Of a stretch of DNA of 64,000 nucleotides, positions 20,709-31,100 are shown piece by piece. The notes beneath the pieces were generated by a model that saw nothing but the letters and a program-made list of their open reading frames with translations, had not been told where the DNA came from and made no database searches. The DNA is taken from NCBI GenBank assembly GCA_963664435.2, contig CAXXKM010000001.1:512001-576000 (forward strand). Direction: 5' to 3'. How positions within the stretch are numbered: the first letter of the stretch is position 1; every line of letters begins with the position of its first letter. The stretch is from Longimicrobiales bacterium (GTDB lineage: Bacteria > Gemmatimonadota > Gemmatimonadetes > Longimicrobiales > Gaopeijiaceae). Position numbers and translations under genes: made by a program.

Positions 20709-21719
20709 ATGGACTCCGACGGCCAGTTGAAGCGCGCGCGCAACGGAGCGTTGAAGGTTCTCGACGCACTCGCCGGCCGCCGCGTCCTGGTGGCGGGCGA
20801 CTTTCTGCTCGACCGCTATCTCGTCGGCAAGACGACACGCCTCTCCCGGGAGGCTCCCGTGGTCATCATCGAGCACGAGAGCGACGGTGCGAACCTGGGG
20901 GGCGCGGGCAACGCCGCCCGCAATGTGCGCGCGCTGGGCGGGGAGCCGATCCCGCTGGGGCTGGTGGGAAAGGACCGCGAGGGAGACCAGGTGGTCGAAC
21001 TGCTCCGCGCCGCCGGCGTCGATACGGGCGGAATCCTGCGTGATCCGGAGCGCCGAACCGTCACCAAGACCCGGATCCTCGCGGGAGCGGCCAATACGGC
21101 CAGGCAGCAGGTGTTGCGGATCGACCAGGGTGGGGAATACGGAGCCAGCCGGATCGACCGCCTCGTCCGGCGTGCGCGGGAACTGCTCCCCGAGGTGGAC
21201 GCAGTACTGCTCTCGGATTACGGGTATGCGACCCTGGCGCCGCCGGTGCGTTCATGTCTGATCCAGGCGGCACGCACGCGCGGTCTCCCCTCATGCGCAG
21301 ATTCGCGCTATCGGTTGTACGAGTTCCAGGGCGTTACGGTGGCCACCCCGAACGAGGAGGAGCTGGCGGGCGTTTCGGGCCGCGTTTTGCGGAGCGATGC
21401 GGATGTCGTGATGGCGGGGAGAGAGCTCCTGAGCCGCCTGAACGCCCGCGCCATCGTGGTTACGCGCGGAAGCCGGGGCATGAGCGTTCTTGAAGGAACC
21501 GGGTATTGCCGGAACATTCCGCCCGCGCGCCAGGGAGAGGTGGCGGACGTGACCGGCGCAGGCGACACGGTGGCCAGTGCGCTGGTGCTGGGGCTCGCGG
21601 TCGGCTGCGAAGTCCTGAGCGCGGCGGTGCTGGCAAACGCGGCCGCTTCGGTGGTGGTGGCGCGGCGCGGCGCGGCGACCGCTACCGCCGCCGAGGTGGC
21701 CCGTGCGCTGCGGGGGTGA
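20709..21719 (+). CDS. Heptose 7-phosphate kinase (HldE/RfaE domain I, PfkB family)
   Basis: GDFLLDRY, RLSREAPV, LGGAGNAA, LSDYGY, TPNEEE, TRGSRGM, DVTGAGDTV; next to gmhB. Confidence 0.88.
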   Translation: MDSDGQLKRARNGALKVLDALAGRRVLVAGDFLLDRYLVGKTTRLSREAPVVIIEHESDGANLGGAGNAARNVRALGGEPIPLGLVGKDREGDQVVELLRAAGVDTGGILRDPERRTVTKTRILAGAANTARQQVLRIDQGGEYGASRIDRLVRRARELLPEVDAVLLSDYGYATLAPPVRSCLIQAARTRGLPSCADSRYRLYEFQGVTVATPNEEELAGVSGRVLRSDADVVMAGRELLSRLNARAIVVTRGSRGMSVLEGTGYCRNIPPARQGEVADVTGAGDTVASALVLGLAVGCEVLSAAVLANAAASVVVARRGAATATAAEVARALRG

Positions 21720-21735
21720 TTGCGGGACCCGGGAT

Positions 21736-22152
21736 TCAGAGCACGACGACGACGACGAGCGCCTCCCACAGGGGCGTGCGCGGAGACTGTACGACTCCAT
21801 CCAGGTGGTCCCGGTGCCACCTGAAGCCGCAGGGAAAGAAGGATCCTTCGACCGGATCGATGCTTGTGTAGGGGCTTTCCGCGTTCTCCCGGACGAAGCA
21901 GCCGATCCACAGCCAGCGCACTCGGTCCATGTCCCCGGCCTCCGGAGGAAGATGGGCCACGCCGACCCCGGTCGCGGTCAGCTGTCCCCTGAAGCCGAAG
22001 GTGTAGCCGCTGGAATCCTCCGGCCCATCGTATCCCGGCGGCGGTTGGGCAGCATCGAGCTGGCCGGGGATCCGCGGGATGTCCGCGGGGCCGGAAGAGT
22101 CTTCGGCACAGGCCCCGGCTAGCAGCAGGACGAGCGTCCACGCCCTCCTCAC
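21736..22152 (-). CDS. Small hypothetical lipoprotein
   Basis: GTG start overlapping amidase stop; RRAWTLVLLLAGAC lipobox. Confidence 0.6.
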   Translation of the reverse strand: MRRAWTLVLLLAGACAEDSSGPADIPRIPGQLDAAQPPPGYDGPEDSSGYTFGFRGQLTATGVGVAHLPPEAGDMDRVRWLWIGCFVRENAESPYTSIDPVEGSFFPCGFRWHRDHLDGVVQSPRTPLWEALVVVVVL

Positions 22153-23888
22153 GCCTCCACCGCCCGGGCCGCGCGCAGGAGCGTGGCCTCGTCCCAGGGC
22201 TTCGCCACGAGCTGCACCGCGAGCGGCAGATCGTGCTCCCCGTTGCCGCAGGGAACGCTGATCGCGGGCCAGCCGAGCGCGTTGAAGAGATTGGTGAGGT
22301 CCGTCGAGGCGGGCATATCCAACAGAGGAGCCACTCCGGGCTGGCAAGGCAAGCTCAGCAGGTTCACCCGGTGGCACGCGGCATCCCACCGCCCGCGGAT
22401 CCAGTGCCGGAGCCGCTGCGCCCCGAGGAAGTCCTGCGCCGAGAAGGTGAAGGCGGCCACCAGGCGACCACGACAGAACTCGCCGTAGTCGTCGTAGTGG
22501 GTTCGCAGCATGGGTGCGTGATGCGCGGCGGCCTCCACGCCCAGCGTGAGCAGGGCAACCTGGCGCAGCATGTGGATCTCGTCGAGGTCGACTTCGACCA
22601 GGGTTGCGCCCGCATGCTCCAGCGCACGGTTGGCGCGCGCCCATGAACGCAGGGCTGCGTCCTGGAGGGGCGCGCCGAGGTGCAGGTCCGCGGGCACGCC
22701 CACGCGCAGACCCGACAGATCGGCCCGCGAACGGCGCGCGCCTTCCACCGGGTCTCGCGGCGGGCCGGGCATCGCGAAGGGCGGGGCCGGCCGGGTGCGC
22801 GCGTCGCGAGGGTCGGGTCCCGCGATGGCGGCCAGCACGAGCGCGGCATCGTCGACGCTGCGCGCAAGCGGACCCACATGGTCGAGGGACCAGGCCAGCG
22901 TCGCGCAACCGTGCAGGCTCGCGTGCCCGAAGGTGGGCTTGAGGCCCACCACCCCGCACAGCGCCGCCGGGATGCGGATCGAACCCCCCGTGTCCGTGCC
23001 CAGAGCCGCGTACACCATGCCGCGCGCGACCGCCGCCGCCGACCCGCTGCTCGACCCGCCCGCGTCGCGGGTGGGGTCGCGGGGGTTGGGCGTGGGGCCG
23101 TAGTGGGGGTTGGTCGACCCCGGCCAGTACGCGAATTCCGACAGCCGGGTCTTGCCCACGACGACCGCCCCCGCCGCGCGCAGGCGCTCCACCGCGGCCG
23201 CGTCGCGGTCGGTCACGTGATCCGCAAGGATTCTCGATCCGGCGGTGGTGACCGTGTCCTTCATGGCCAGGAGATCCTTGACCGCGACGGGAATCCCGTG
23301 CAGCGGCCCGCGCCACCTGCCGCCCGTCACTTCATCCTCCGCGCGACGCGCCGCCGCCCGCGCCTCTTCCGCCAGGACCAGCTGAAAGGCGTTGGCCCGG
23401 CCCCCGTCCTCTTCAATCCGGGTCAGCGCCTGCTCGGTCAGCTCGACCGGAGAAACCGCACCGGCGCGCACCAGCGGCGCCAGCTCGGCGATCGTCGAAG
23501 GCCAGGCCATCCGGTCGTCGCACCGCGGCGGCGTAGTCTGCCGATGCGATTCGGCGTCCCTCCCGGCTTCGTCACGCGCGCGATCCGGTCCGGCGCGAGA
23601 AGATGCAGGGGGCGTCCCGGCGGGCGAGCCCGAAGCCGCTTCCGCCGCGCCGTCCCCTTCCCCACCCGGCTCCAGCCCCGCGAGCGACCATCCCGACAGG
23701 TTGTCCGGAATGCAGTCGTCCCCCGTGGCCGCAAGCAACGCGCGCAGGAACGCCGCCCGCTCCGGGATGCCCTCAGCCACCACCCGCTCGATGTCCCCTT
23801 CCCGGGCCGGAATGCCCGCCGAGCGCAGGTTGGCCCGAAGACTCTCGACGGCGAGGTCCCTATCGCGTGAAGACACTGCGGACGACAA
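22149..23888 (-). CDS. Amidase (GatA-like signature family) with N-terminal extension; start uncertain
   Basis: GPLHGIPVAVKD, GGSSSGSAAAV, GTDTGGSIRIPA, GLKPTFG. Confidence 0.88.
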   Translation of the reverse strand: MSSAVSSRDRDLAVESLRANLRSAGIPAREGDIERVVAEGIPERAAFLRALLAATGDDCIPDNLSGWSLAGLEPGGEGDGAAEAASGSPAGTPPASSRAGPDRARDEAGRDAESHRQTTPPRCDDRMAWPSTIAELAPLVRAGAVSPVELTEQALTRIEEDGGRANAFQLVLAEEARAAARRAEDEVTGGRWRGPLHGIPVAVKDLLAMKDTVTTAGSRILADHVTDRDAAAVERLRAAGAVVVGKTRLSEFAYWPGSTNPHYGPTPNPRDPTRDAGGSSSGSAAAVARGMVYAALGTDTGGSIRIPAALCGVVGLKPTFGHASLHGCATLAWSLDHVGPLARSVDDAALVLAAIAGPDPRDARTRPAPPFAMPGPPRDPVEGARRSRADLSGLRVGVPADLHLGAPLQDAALRSWARANRALEHAGATLVEVDLDEIHMLRQVALLTLGVEAAAHHAPMLRTHYDDYGEFCRGRLVAAFTFSAQDFLGAQRLRHWIRGRWDAACHRVNLLSLPCQPGVAPLLDMPASTDLTNLFNALGWPAISVPCGNGEHDLPLAVQLVAKPWDEATLLRAARAVEA

Positions 23889-24780
23889 ATCCCAGGTTGG
23901 CGGGCCGCTCCGCCAGACGGCGCATGTACCACGGATACCAGTGTGGGCCGTAGCTGATGAGCACCCGCACCGGGATCCCGCGTCGCCTCAGCGCCAGCTG
24001 TTCGCGCGCCCGAATCCCGTAGAGCATCTGCACTTCGAACGCGTCCCGGGGCAGGCCCATCTCCCGAGCTTCGTCCAGGATGCGGCCGAGCAGGACGGTG
24101 TCGTGGGTGGCGAGTCCGTGGGGCGCGGCCGGATTCGCGTTCTCGAGCATGAGCCGGGTCAGGACCATGAAGTTCTCGTCCACATCCGGCTTGCGCGGCC
24201 AGGCGATGTCGGCCGGTTCCTGATAGGCTCCCTTCACCAGCCGCAGGCGGGCGCCCACCGCGAGCAGCCGCTCGACGTCCGCGGCCGTGCGGTACAGGTA
24301 CGCCTGCACGCAGAGGCCGAGGTTGGGATGCCGGGCCAGGGTGGTGGTGAAGATGTCCAGCGTCTCGTCGAGGTAGGGCGACGCCTCCATGTCCACCCAC
24401 ACGACGTTCCCATGCTCCGCTGCCGCCACCGCCAACCGTTCCAGATTGGCCTGCGCCACCTCCTGTCCCAGGTCCTGGCCGAGCTGGGTCAGCTTGATGG
24501 AGATCTGGCTGTTCAGCTCCATTCCGGCGATCCGACCCGGCAGTCCGAGGTAATGCTGCACGACTTTCTCGATCTCGTCGCGGTCGTCGAGGGCTTCGCC
24601 GAGCTTTGTGAACACCGTCGAGATGTCGTGTTCACCGAGTCTTCGGGCGGCCTCAAGCGCCGCGCCGGCGGTCTCGCCGGGCATGAAGCGCGCGACCGCC
24701 CGGCGTGCGAACCCGCGATGTCGCATCTGGCGCTCGAGCCACGCGTTCTCGGAGGCCCAGAGCAGAACCTGGCGCAGCAT
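23860..24780 (-). CDS. Monofunctional proline dehydrogenase
   Basis: RFMPGET, SIKLTQLG, VDME, QAYLYRT, RLVKGAY, ATHD, QMLYGIR, WYMRRLAERPAN; GGAGGAG SD. Confidence 0.93.
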   Translation of the reverse strand: MLRQVLLWASENAWLERQMRHRGFARRAVARFMPGETAGAALEAARRLGEHDISTVFTKLGEALDDRDEIEKVVQHYLGLPGRIAGMELNSQISIKLTQLGQDLGQEVAQANLERLAVAAAEHGNVVWVDMEASPYLDETLDIFTTTLARHPNLGLCVQAYLYRTAADVERLLAVGARLRLVKGAYQEPADIAWPRKPDVDENFMVLTRLMLENANPAAPHGLATHDTVLLGRILDEAREMGLPRDAFEVQMLYGIRAREQLALRRRGIPVRVLISYGPHWYPWYMRRLAERPANLGFVVRSVFTR

Positions 24781-25017
24781 GGCTAGTGCTCCTCCGGGGC
24801 GCGCGCGCAGCAAGGTCGCGGGTCGGGATCGACTTCGTCGGGCATCCTGGTTCCCCCTGATGTAGCGCGGAGTGAGGCAGTATACGCCGGCCCGGTCAGG
24901 TCGGCCAAGCCAGCGGCCGCGGCTTCATAACCTCTCCAGCATCACTTGTGCCAACTCCGCGCCTCACGCCCCTGCCTTCAACTGGAGCCACGACCCGCCT
25001 CCGCATAGGTTGGGTCC

Positions 25018-25782
25018 ATGCTCAAGACCCTGCTTCTCGAAGAGATGACCTGGCCGGAGGTGGAGGCGGCGCTGGCCGAAGGGTTTACGTCGGTCGTGGT
25101 GGCCGTGGGCGCGATCGAACAGCATGGAAGGCACCTGCCGCTGCTGGTGGATGCGGCGCGCGGCGACCGGCTGGCTCTTGAAGTGGCGCGCCGTCTGGGG
25201 CGCAGCGCCGTGGGTCCCACGATCCGCGTGGGATGCTCCGAGCACCACATGGGCTTCGCCGGCACGATATCGCTCAGAGGAAACACCCTCAAGGCGGTCT
25301 GCCTGGACTACGTGACCAGCCTCGCGCGCCACGGCTTCCGCACCGTGTACCTGGTGCCGTCCCACGGAGGCAACTTCGCGCCCCTCGCGGCCATGCTGGA
25401 CGAACTCCGGGCCGCCGGGGCACCCGATTGCGAAGTCCACGCCTACACCAATCTGCTGGAGTTCGTGGGGTTGTGGGAGGGCGCGGTGCGGGAGGTGGCG
25501 CGCGAACTCACCCCGCGCGTGGGGGGGCACGCCGACATCGCGGAGAGTTCGGAGATGCTGTGCATCCGCCCCGATCTGGTGCGGGAGGAGTTGGCCGAGG
25601 CGGGGTACGTCGGCGGCTTCGACGCGGCGCTGGCGGAGCGGATCTTCGGGGAGGGGCTGCGCGCCGTCACACCCAACGGCGTGCTGGGCGACCCCCGCGG
25701 GATGAGTCGCGAGATCGGGGAGCGGTGCATCGCCCGCGCGGCCGATGGCGTCGCGGCGGCGCTCCAGGCAGTCCGCGGATGA
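25018..25782 (+). CDS. Creatininase family amidohydrolase
   Basis: EMTWPEV, GAIEQHGRHLPL..D, SEHH, SHGGN, GHADIAESS, NGVLGDP. Confidence 0.9.
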   Translation: MLKTLLLEEMTWPEVEAALAEGFTSVVVAVGAIEQHGRHLPLLVDAARGDRLALEVARRLGRSAVGPTIRVGCSEHHMGFAGTISLRGNTLKAVCLDYVTSLARHGFRTVYLVPSHGGNFAPLAAMLDELRAAGAPDCEVHAYTNLLEFVGLWEGAVREVARELTPRVGGHADIAESSEMLCIRPDLVREELAEAGYVGGFDAALAERIFGEGLRAVTPNGVLGDPRGMSREIGERCIARAADGVAAALQAVRG

Positions 25783-25831
25783 AGCCGCCCGGGCGCCGCG
25801 AGCGGCGAGTGCATCCGCGGGCTTCCGCAGG

Positions 25832-26800
25832 ATGAATCCGGCCGTGCCCATCGACCTGGCCGACATACGGGCCGCGCGCGAGCGCATCGCCGGGGCCGCC
25901 ATCCGCACGCCGCTGGTACGCCTGGAGGCGCCCGGGGCGAACGCCGAGGTGTGGCTCAAGCTCGAGTGCCTGCAACCCATCGGGTCGTTCAAGATCCGGG
26001 GCGCCGCCAACGCCATGGCGCTCGCCCATCCCGCGCTTCTCGCGCGCGGCGTCTACACCGGAAGCGCGGGCAACATGGCCCAGGGCGTCGCGTACGAGGC
26101 CCGCCGGCGCGGAATTCCCTGCCGGGTGATCGTCCCGGACACCGCGCCCGCGGCCAAGCTGGACGCCATCGCCCGGCTGGGGGCGACCGCCGTCCCGGTG
26201 TCGTTCGCGGAGTGGTGGGGGGTGTTGCGCGACCACGGCCATCCCGGCGAGGAGGGCCTTTTCGTCCACCCGGTCAGCGACCCCGACGTGATCGCCGGCA
26301 ACGGCACCATCGGGCTCGAGGTAGTGGAGGACCTTCCGGACGTGCGCGCCGTGGTGGTGCCCTTCGGCGGCGGCGGCCTGTCGTGCGGGATCGCCACGGC
26401 CGTGCGCGCGCTTCGGCCGGAAGCGCGGGTGTTCGCGGCCGAGGTGGAGACGGCGGCGCCGCTGGCGGCCTCGCTGGACGCGGGCCGGCCGGTGGAGGTC
26501 CCGCACAGGCGGTCGTTCGTGGACGGAATCGGGGCCACCGGCCTGCTGCCCGGGATGTGGCCGCTGGCCCGCGCGCTGCTGGCCGGGTCGCGGGTGGTGT
26601 CGCTCGAGGACGTCCGCGGGGCGATCCGGCTGCTCGCCGAGCGCGCACACATTGTCGCGGAGGGGGCGGGTGGGGCGGGGGTCGCGGCAGCGCTGGGGGG
26701 CCTGCCCGGCGTCGACGACGGGCCCGTCGTCGCGGTGGTTTCGGGCGGCAACATCGACGCGCGCGTCCTCGCGGCCATCCTGGAAGGCCGGACGCCCTGA
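25832..26800 (+). CDS. PLP-dependent threonine/serine dehydratase family
   Basis: RTPLV, KLECLQPIGSFKIRGA, SAGNMAQG, PFGGGGL, SGGNID. Confidence 0.9.
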   Translation: MNPAVPIDLADIRAARERIAGAAIRTPLVRLEAPGANAEVWLKLECLQPIGSFKIRGAANAMALAHPALLARGVYTGSAGNMAQGVAYEARRRGIPCRVIVPDTAPAAKLDAIARLGATAVPVSFAEWWGVLRDHGHPGEEGLFVHPVSDPDVIAGNGTIGLEVVEDLPDVRAVVVPFGGGGLSCGIATAVRALRPEARVFAAEVETAAPLAASLDAGRPVEVPHRRSFVDGIGATGLLPGMWPLARALLAGSRVVSLEDVRGAIRLLAERAHIVAEGAGGAGVAAALGGLPGVDDGPVVAVVSGGNIDARVLAAILEGRTP

Positions 26801-26862
26801 CGCTCCCCCCGCAAGGGTCGCCGGCCGGAACTCCGCGGCCCCGCGCGACGTACCTACCCGGC

Positions 26863-27534
26863 ATGAGCCCCCAGACCAAACGACGTCTCGCCTTCCTCGC
26901 CGGCTTCGCCCTCTACTTCGGAGCGATCTGGTTCGCCTGGGACACGCCCGTGGTCTATCCGCTCAAGGTCTTCGTGGTGCTGCTCCACGAGATCAGCCAC
27001 GGCATCGCCGCGCTCGCTACCGGAGGCACCATCCAGGGCATCGAACTCGACCCGGCCCAGGGCGGCGTGTGCTACTGTCCCGGCGGGAACGCGTTCCTGA
27101 CACTGTCTGCAGGATACCTGGGCAGTCTGGGCTGGGGGGCGCTGCTGCTCATGGGTGCGCGCGCCGGCGCGCGTCCGTCACGGTGGATCGTCGGCGTGGT
27201 GGGCGTGATGGTGGTCGTGCTGACGCTGCTGTACGTGCGCAACGGCTTCGGCTTCGGCTTCGGCCTGCTCTTCGGGCTGGCGCTCTTCGCTTCGGCGGCG
27301 AAGCTCCCCGCACGGGCGAACCGGGTACTGCTCACCGCGCTCGGACTCACCAGCTGCCTGTACGCCATCCTCGACATCAAGAGCGACGTCATCGACCGCC
27401 CGGAACTCCAGTCCGACGCGCGCATGCTCGCCGAGATGACCGGTATCCCCACCATGGTCTGGGGATTCCTGTGGATCGGGATCGGGATCGCGGTTGCACT
27501 GATGCTCTTCCGCAAGGCGTTCCGGGAAGCTTAG
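26863..27534 (+). CDS. M50B-like membrane metallopeptidase
   Basis: Multi-TM; LLHEISHG zinc motif, AGYLG, SDA..LA..TG. Confidence 0.85.
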   Translation: MSPQTKRRLAFLAGFALYFGAIWFAWDTPVVYPLKVFVVLLHEISHGIAALATGGTIQGIELDPAQGGVCYCPGGNAFLTLSAGYLGSLGWGALLLMGARAGARPSRWIVGVVGVMVVVLTLLYVRNGFGFGFGLLFGLALFASAAKLPARANRVLLTALGLTSCLYAILDIKSDVIDRPELQSDARMLAEMTGIPTMVWGFLWIGIGIAVALMLFRKAFREA

Positions 27535-27681
27535 GCGGCAATCCCGGCGCGCGGGATCGGGCCGGACCCGACTGCGGGCCCGGGGGCTCGCTGCGCCAGC
27601 CGGATCCGTCGTCAATCGTGAGCCTGGCGTCTGATGCCCGCAGTGCCGGAAACAAATGATCCCCGGCGTCCGGGCCTCTGC

Positions 27682-27710
27682 TTGCCACCGGGGTCAAGGG
27701 CTTGTAATTT
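27682..27710 (+). promoter_or_regulatory. sigma70-type promoter
   Basis: TTGCCA (27682-27687)-17 bp-TAATTT (27705-27710). Confidence 0.6.
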
Positions 27711-27843
27711 TTCGCAACCACTCCCATTGGGGGGGTGGCGGGACGGCTGGAGAATCGCTCAGACGGCGTTCTCCGACGTACCGCGGGCCTGCGGGCCCGC
27801 CGGTGTTCGGCCCGATGTCGACTCATGAAAAGGAGGTGATCAA

Positions 27844-27897
27844 TTGTCTAGTCCAAGTACCCTGTTCAGCCTGGCATGGGCAAGCGATCGCCGTTAG
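27844..27897 (+). CDS. Putative 17-aa small ORF MSSPSTLFSLAWASDRR
   Basis: TTG start directly after AAAGGAGGTGATC (full anti-SD complement); TAG 27895-27897. Confidence 0.4.
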   Translation: MSSPSTLFSLAWASDRR

Positions 27898-27960
27898 CCG
27901 AGTGATCGTATCTGTTCGGGCCAGCGGCCATCGTGCCGGGCTGAGCAGAACACGCTGAGA

Positions 27961-27995
27961 GAAGGCGCCGTCGGACCGGTTCCGGCGGCGCCTTC
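27961..27995 (+). terminator. 15-bp stem hairpin, terminator-like (poor U-tract)
   Basis: GAAGGCGCCGTCGGA-ccggt-TCCGGCGGCGCCTTC, one G:U pair. Confidence 0.55.
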
Positions 27996-28133
27996 GTCGT
28001 GCGTGCGCGGTGGTGTCGCGCCATCGCGATGCAGCTATCGTTGTAGATGCGGCTGCACGAGATGCTGGTCGTTTTCGCCATTCACCCAACCGGGAGTGCC
28101 CGGACCGCTTCGCGGGAGGCGGAGGCATGAGAC

Positions 28134-31100
28134 ATGACCGCCCGCAGGCCTGACCTCTCCGCCGCCGGGGAGCCGATCGCGATCATCGGCATGGCGTGCC
28201 GGTTCCCCGGCGCAAACGACATAGAGGCGTTCTGGCGCCTGCTGGAGACCGGGAAGAACGCGGTTGCCGAAGGGGTTCCGGGTTCCGGCGTGGGACGCTG
28301 GGGACAGCTCTTCGGGGACAAGCCCGTCCAGAGCGAAGGCTGCCGTTTCGGCGCATTCGTCGACGACATCGACCAGTTCGACGACGCGTTCTTCCGCATC
28401 TCGCCGGTGGAAGCCGAGCTGCTGGACCCGCAGCAGCGCATGATGCTGGAAGTCAGCTGGCGGGCTCTCGAGGATGCGGGTATGGACCCGGACCGGCTTA
28501 TGGAGAGCCGAACCGGTGTCTACACCGGGATCAGCAACGACGAGTACCGGATGCTGGTCGTGGAATCGGCCAAGCCTGCCGAGGCCGCGGCGTGCCTTTA
28601 CGCTCTCAGCGGCACCAACCTGAACGGCACCGCCGGGCGAGTCTCCTTCGTGCTCGGTCTCAGGGGGCCGGCGAAGGCGGTCGACGCTGCTTGCGCATCG
28701 GCGATGGTGGCGATCAACGACGCGGTGGCGGACCTGCAGCAGGGAAAGGCCAACCTGGCCATCGCGGGCGGCGTGCAGGCCATCCTCAACGGGCGCATCT
28801 ACGAACTGCGCGCGGACGCGATGATGCTCTCGCCCGACGGGAAGTGCAAGACCTTCGATGCTTCGGCGAACGGATACGTGCGCGCCGAGGGCTGCGGCGT
28901 GGTAGTGCTGAAACGCCTGAGCGACGCACAGGCAGACGGCGACCGCATCTGGGCCGTGATCCGGAGTTCGGTCGTGAACCACGGGGGGACCGGTGTCGGG
29001 CTGACGGTGCCGAACACTCCGGCGCTGGAGCAGGTGATGGAGGACGCGCTGTCCCAGGCGGGGCTCGACCCGCTGGAGGTGGACTACGTCGAGGCGCACG
29101 GGACCGGGACGGCGGTGGGCGACCCGATCGAGCTGAACGCCGTGGCCAGCGTCTACGGCAGAGGACGCGATGCGGAGAGCCCGCTTCTGATCGGATCCGT
29201 GAAGACCAACGTGGGCCATCTGGAGTCGGCGGCAGGAGTCGTCGGGCTCATCAAGTCGGCGCTGGTGGTCAAGCGGGGCCGCATCCCGAAGCACCTGCAC
29301 TTCCGCGATCCCAACCCGGCGTTCGACTGGGATCGGGCGCCGTTGCGGGTGACTTCGGACATGATGGACTGGCCGGATCGTCCCGGCCGCCCGCGCGTGG
29401 CCGGGGTGAACTGCTTCGGCATATCCGGGACGAACGCCCACCTTGTAGTGGAAGAGTATTGGGGCCCCGAGGCGACCCGTGAAGCGAGCCCTCTGCCGCT
29501 GGGATCCCCGCAACCCATCCCGGTTGCGCTTCCCGCCGCGGTAGCGCATCTGCCGCCACCCGAGCCTGACATCCGCGCGCGTCGAACCCGCGTGCTACCT
29601 TTGTCCGCCAAGTCCGAACAGGCGCTGCGGGAATCGGCAGGGCGGTATCTGGCGTGGCTCGAAGACCGCGCCGGCGAACTATCCGGGGGAGCCGCCGCGG
29701 CGGAGCTGCTCGCCGACCTGGCGTGGACGGCGGGCGTGGGGCGGAGTCACTTCGATCAGCGCGCGGGGATCGTCTTCGAGGACGTCGGGCCGCTGCGCCG
29801 TCAGCTGGAGGCGCTCGCCGAGTCGGGGGACGTACCAGGGCCCGGCACTGCCGCCAGGGTCGCGTTCGCCTACACCGGGCAGGGGAGCCAGTGGGTCGGG
29901 ATGGGCAGGGAGCTGTACGAGACGGAGCCCGTGGTGCGCGCGGTGATGGACCGCTGCGAGGCGGTCTTCCGCGACGAGAGAGGCACTTCCCTGCTGGACG
30001 CGATGTTCGGCCGGTCCGGAGATGAGGATCAGCTGCGCGACACCGCATGGGAACAGCCGGCTCTCTACACGCTCGAATGCGCGCTGACTGCGCTCTGGGC
30101 GAGCGTGGGCATCCGGCCCGATGTGGTGCTGGGGCACAGCGTCGGGGAGTTGGCGGCCTCGCAGGCGGCGGGCGTGTTCAGCCTGGAGGACGGAATGCGG
30201 TTCGCCTGCGCGCGCGGCGCGCTGATGGCGAGCATGGAAGACGGCGCCATGGCCGCGGTGTTCGCGCCGGCCGCCCGCGTCGCAGAGGTGGTCGAAGCGC
30301 ATAACGCGGCGTCGGCCGGCGTTGGCGTCAGCATCTCGGGGGACAACGGCACCCACCAGGTGATCAGCGGCCCCGCGGAGGATGTCGAAGCCATCTCGAA
30401 CCGCTTCGAGGCGGAGGCGGTCCGGGTGCGCAGACTCAACACCGCGAAAGCATTCCACAGCGCTCTGGTGGAGCCGGCGCTCGACGTGCTTGAGGCTTCG
30501 CTCGATGCTTCGGCCATCGCGCCGCCCACGCTGACGATGGTCAGCAATCTGACGGGCCGCGCCGTCGAGGCGGGCGAGCTACTCGACGGCAGCTACTGGA
30601 AACGGCACGCGCGGCAGGCGGTGGCGTTTGCCAGCGGCGTCAGAACCCTGGCGGATCTGGGCGTGGACCTGGTGATCGAGATCGGTCCGCGCTCGGTGCT
30701 GGCCCCGATGGCGCTCTCGGCCTGGCCGGCGTCGGCAGAGGCGCCGGCGGTGCTGTCGAGCATCGCGCCACCATCCGATGACGCCGGGGCCGGCGGGTCG
30801 AAGGGCGGCTTCGCGGAGGCCGCGGCAGGCGCCTACCAGGCCGGGCTCCCGATCCGGTTCGAGGGCCTCTTTGCAGGGGAAGCCCGGCGGCGGATCTCGA
30901 TCCCCGGCTACCCCTTCCAGCGGAGGCGCCACTGGCTCGAGGCGCCCAGGCGACGGCGGGCGGACGCCGGGCATCCCCTGCTGGGTGCCCGCCACGAGTT
31001 GGCGCGGGGCGAGGTGACGTTCGAGACGGAAGTGTTCGCCTCGGATCCCGAGTGGCTGGACGACCACCGGGTGTACGGCCGGGTGGTGGCGCCCGGGGCG

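Larger units (their letters stand above)
27717..27995 (+). ncRNA. Putative structured RNA / small-protein transcript
   Basis: Follows promoter; hairpins at 27718-27738, 27749-27774, 27783-27800, 27911-27949, 27961-27995. Confidence 0.4.

Noticed and set aside
22149..23888. Calling this amidase gatA
   Set aside because: No gatB/gatC nearby and only generic amidase-signature motifs
27828..27841. AAAGGAGGTGATC as a 16S rRNA 3'-end remnant on the minus strand
   Set aside because: The match stops after 13 nt and does not continue into the conserved CAGCCGCA sequence; better read as a strong SD
27717..27995. tmRNA
   Set aside because: No tRNA-like ends or T-loop, and the ORF lacks an Ala-rich degradation-tag C-terminus
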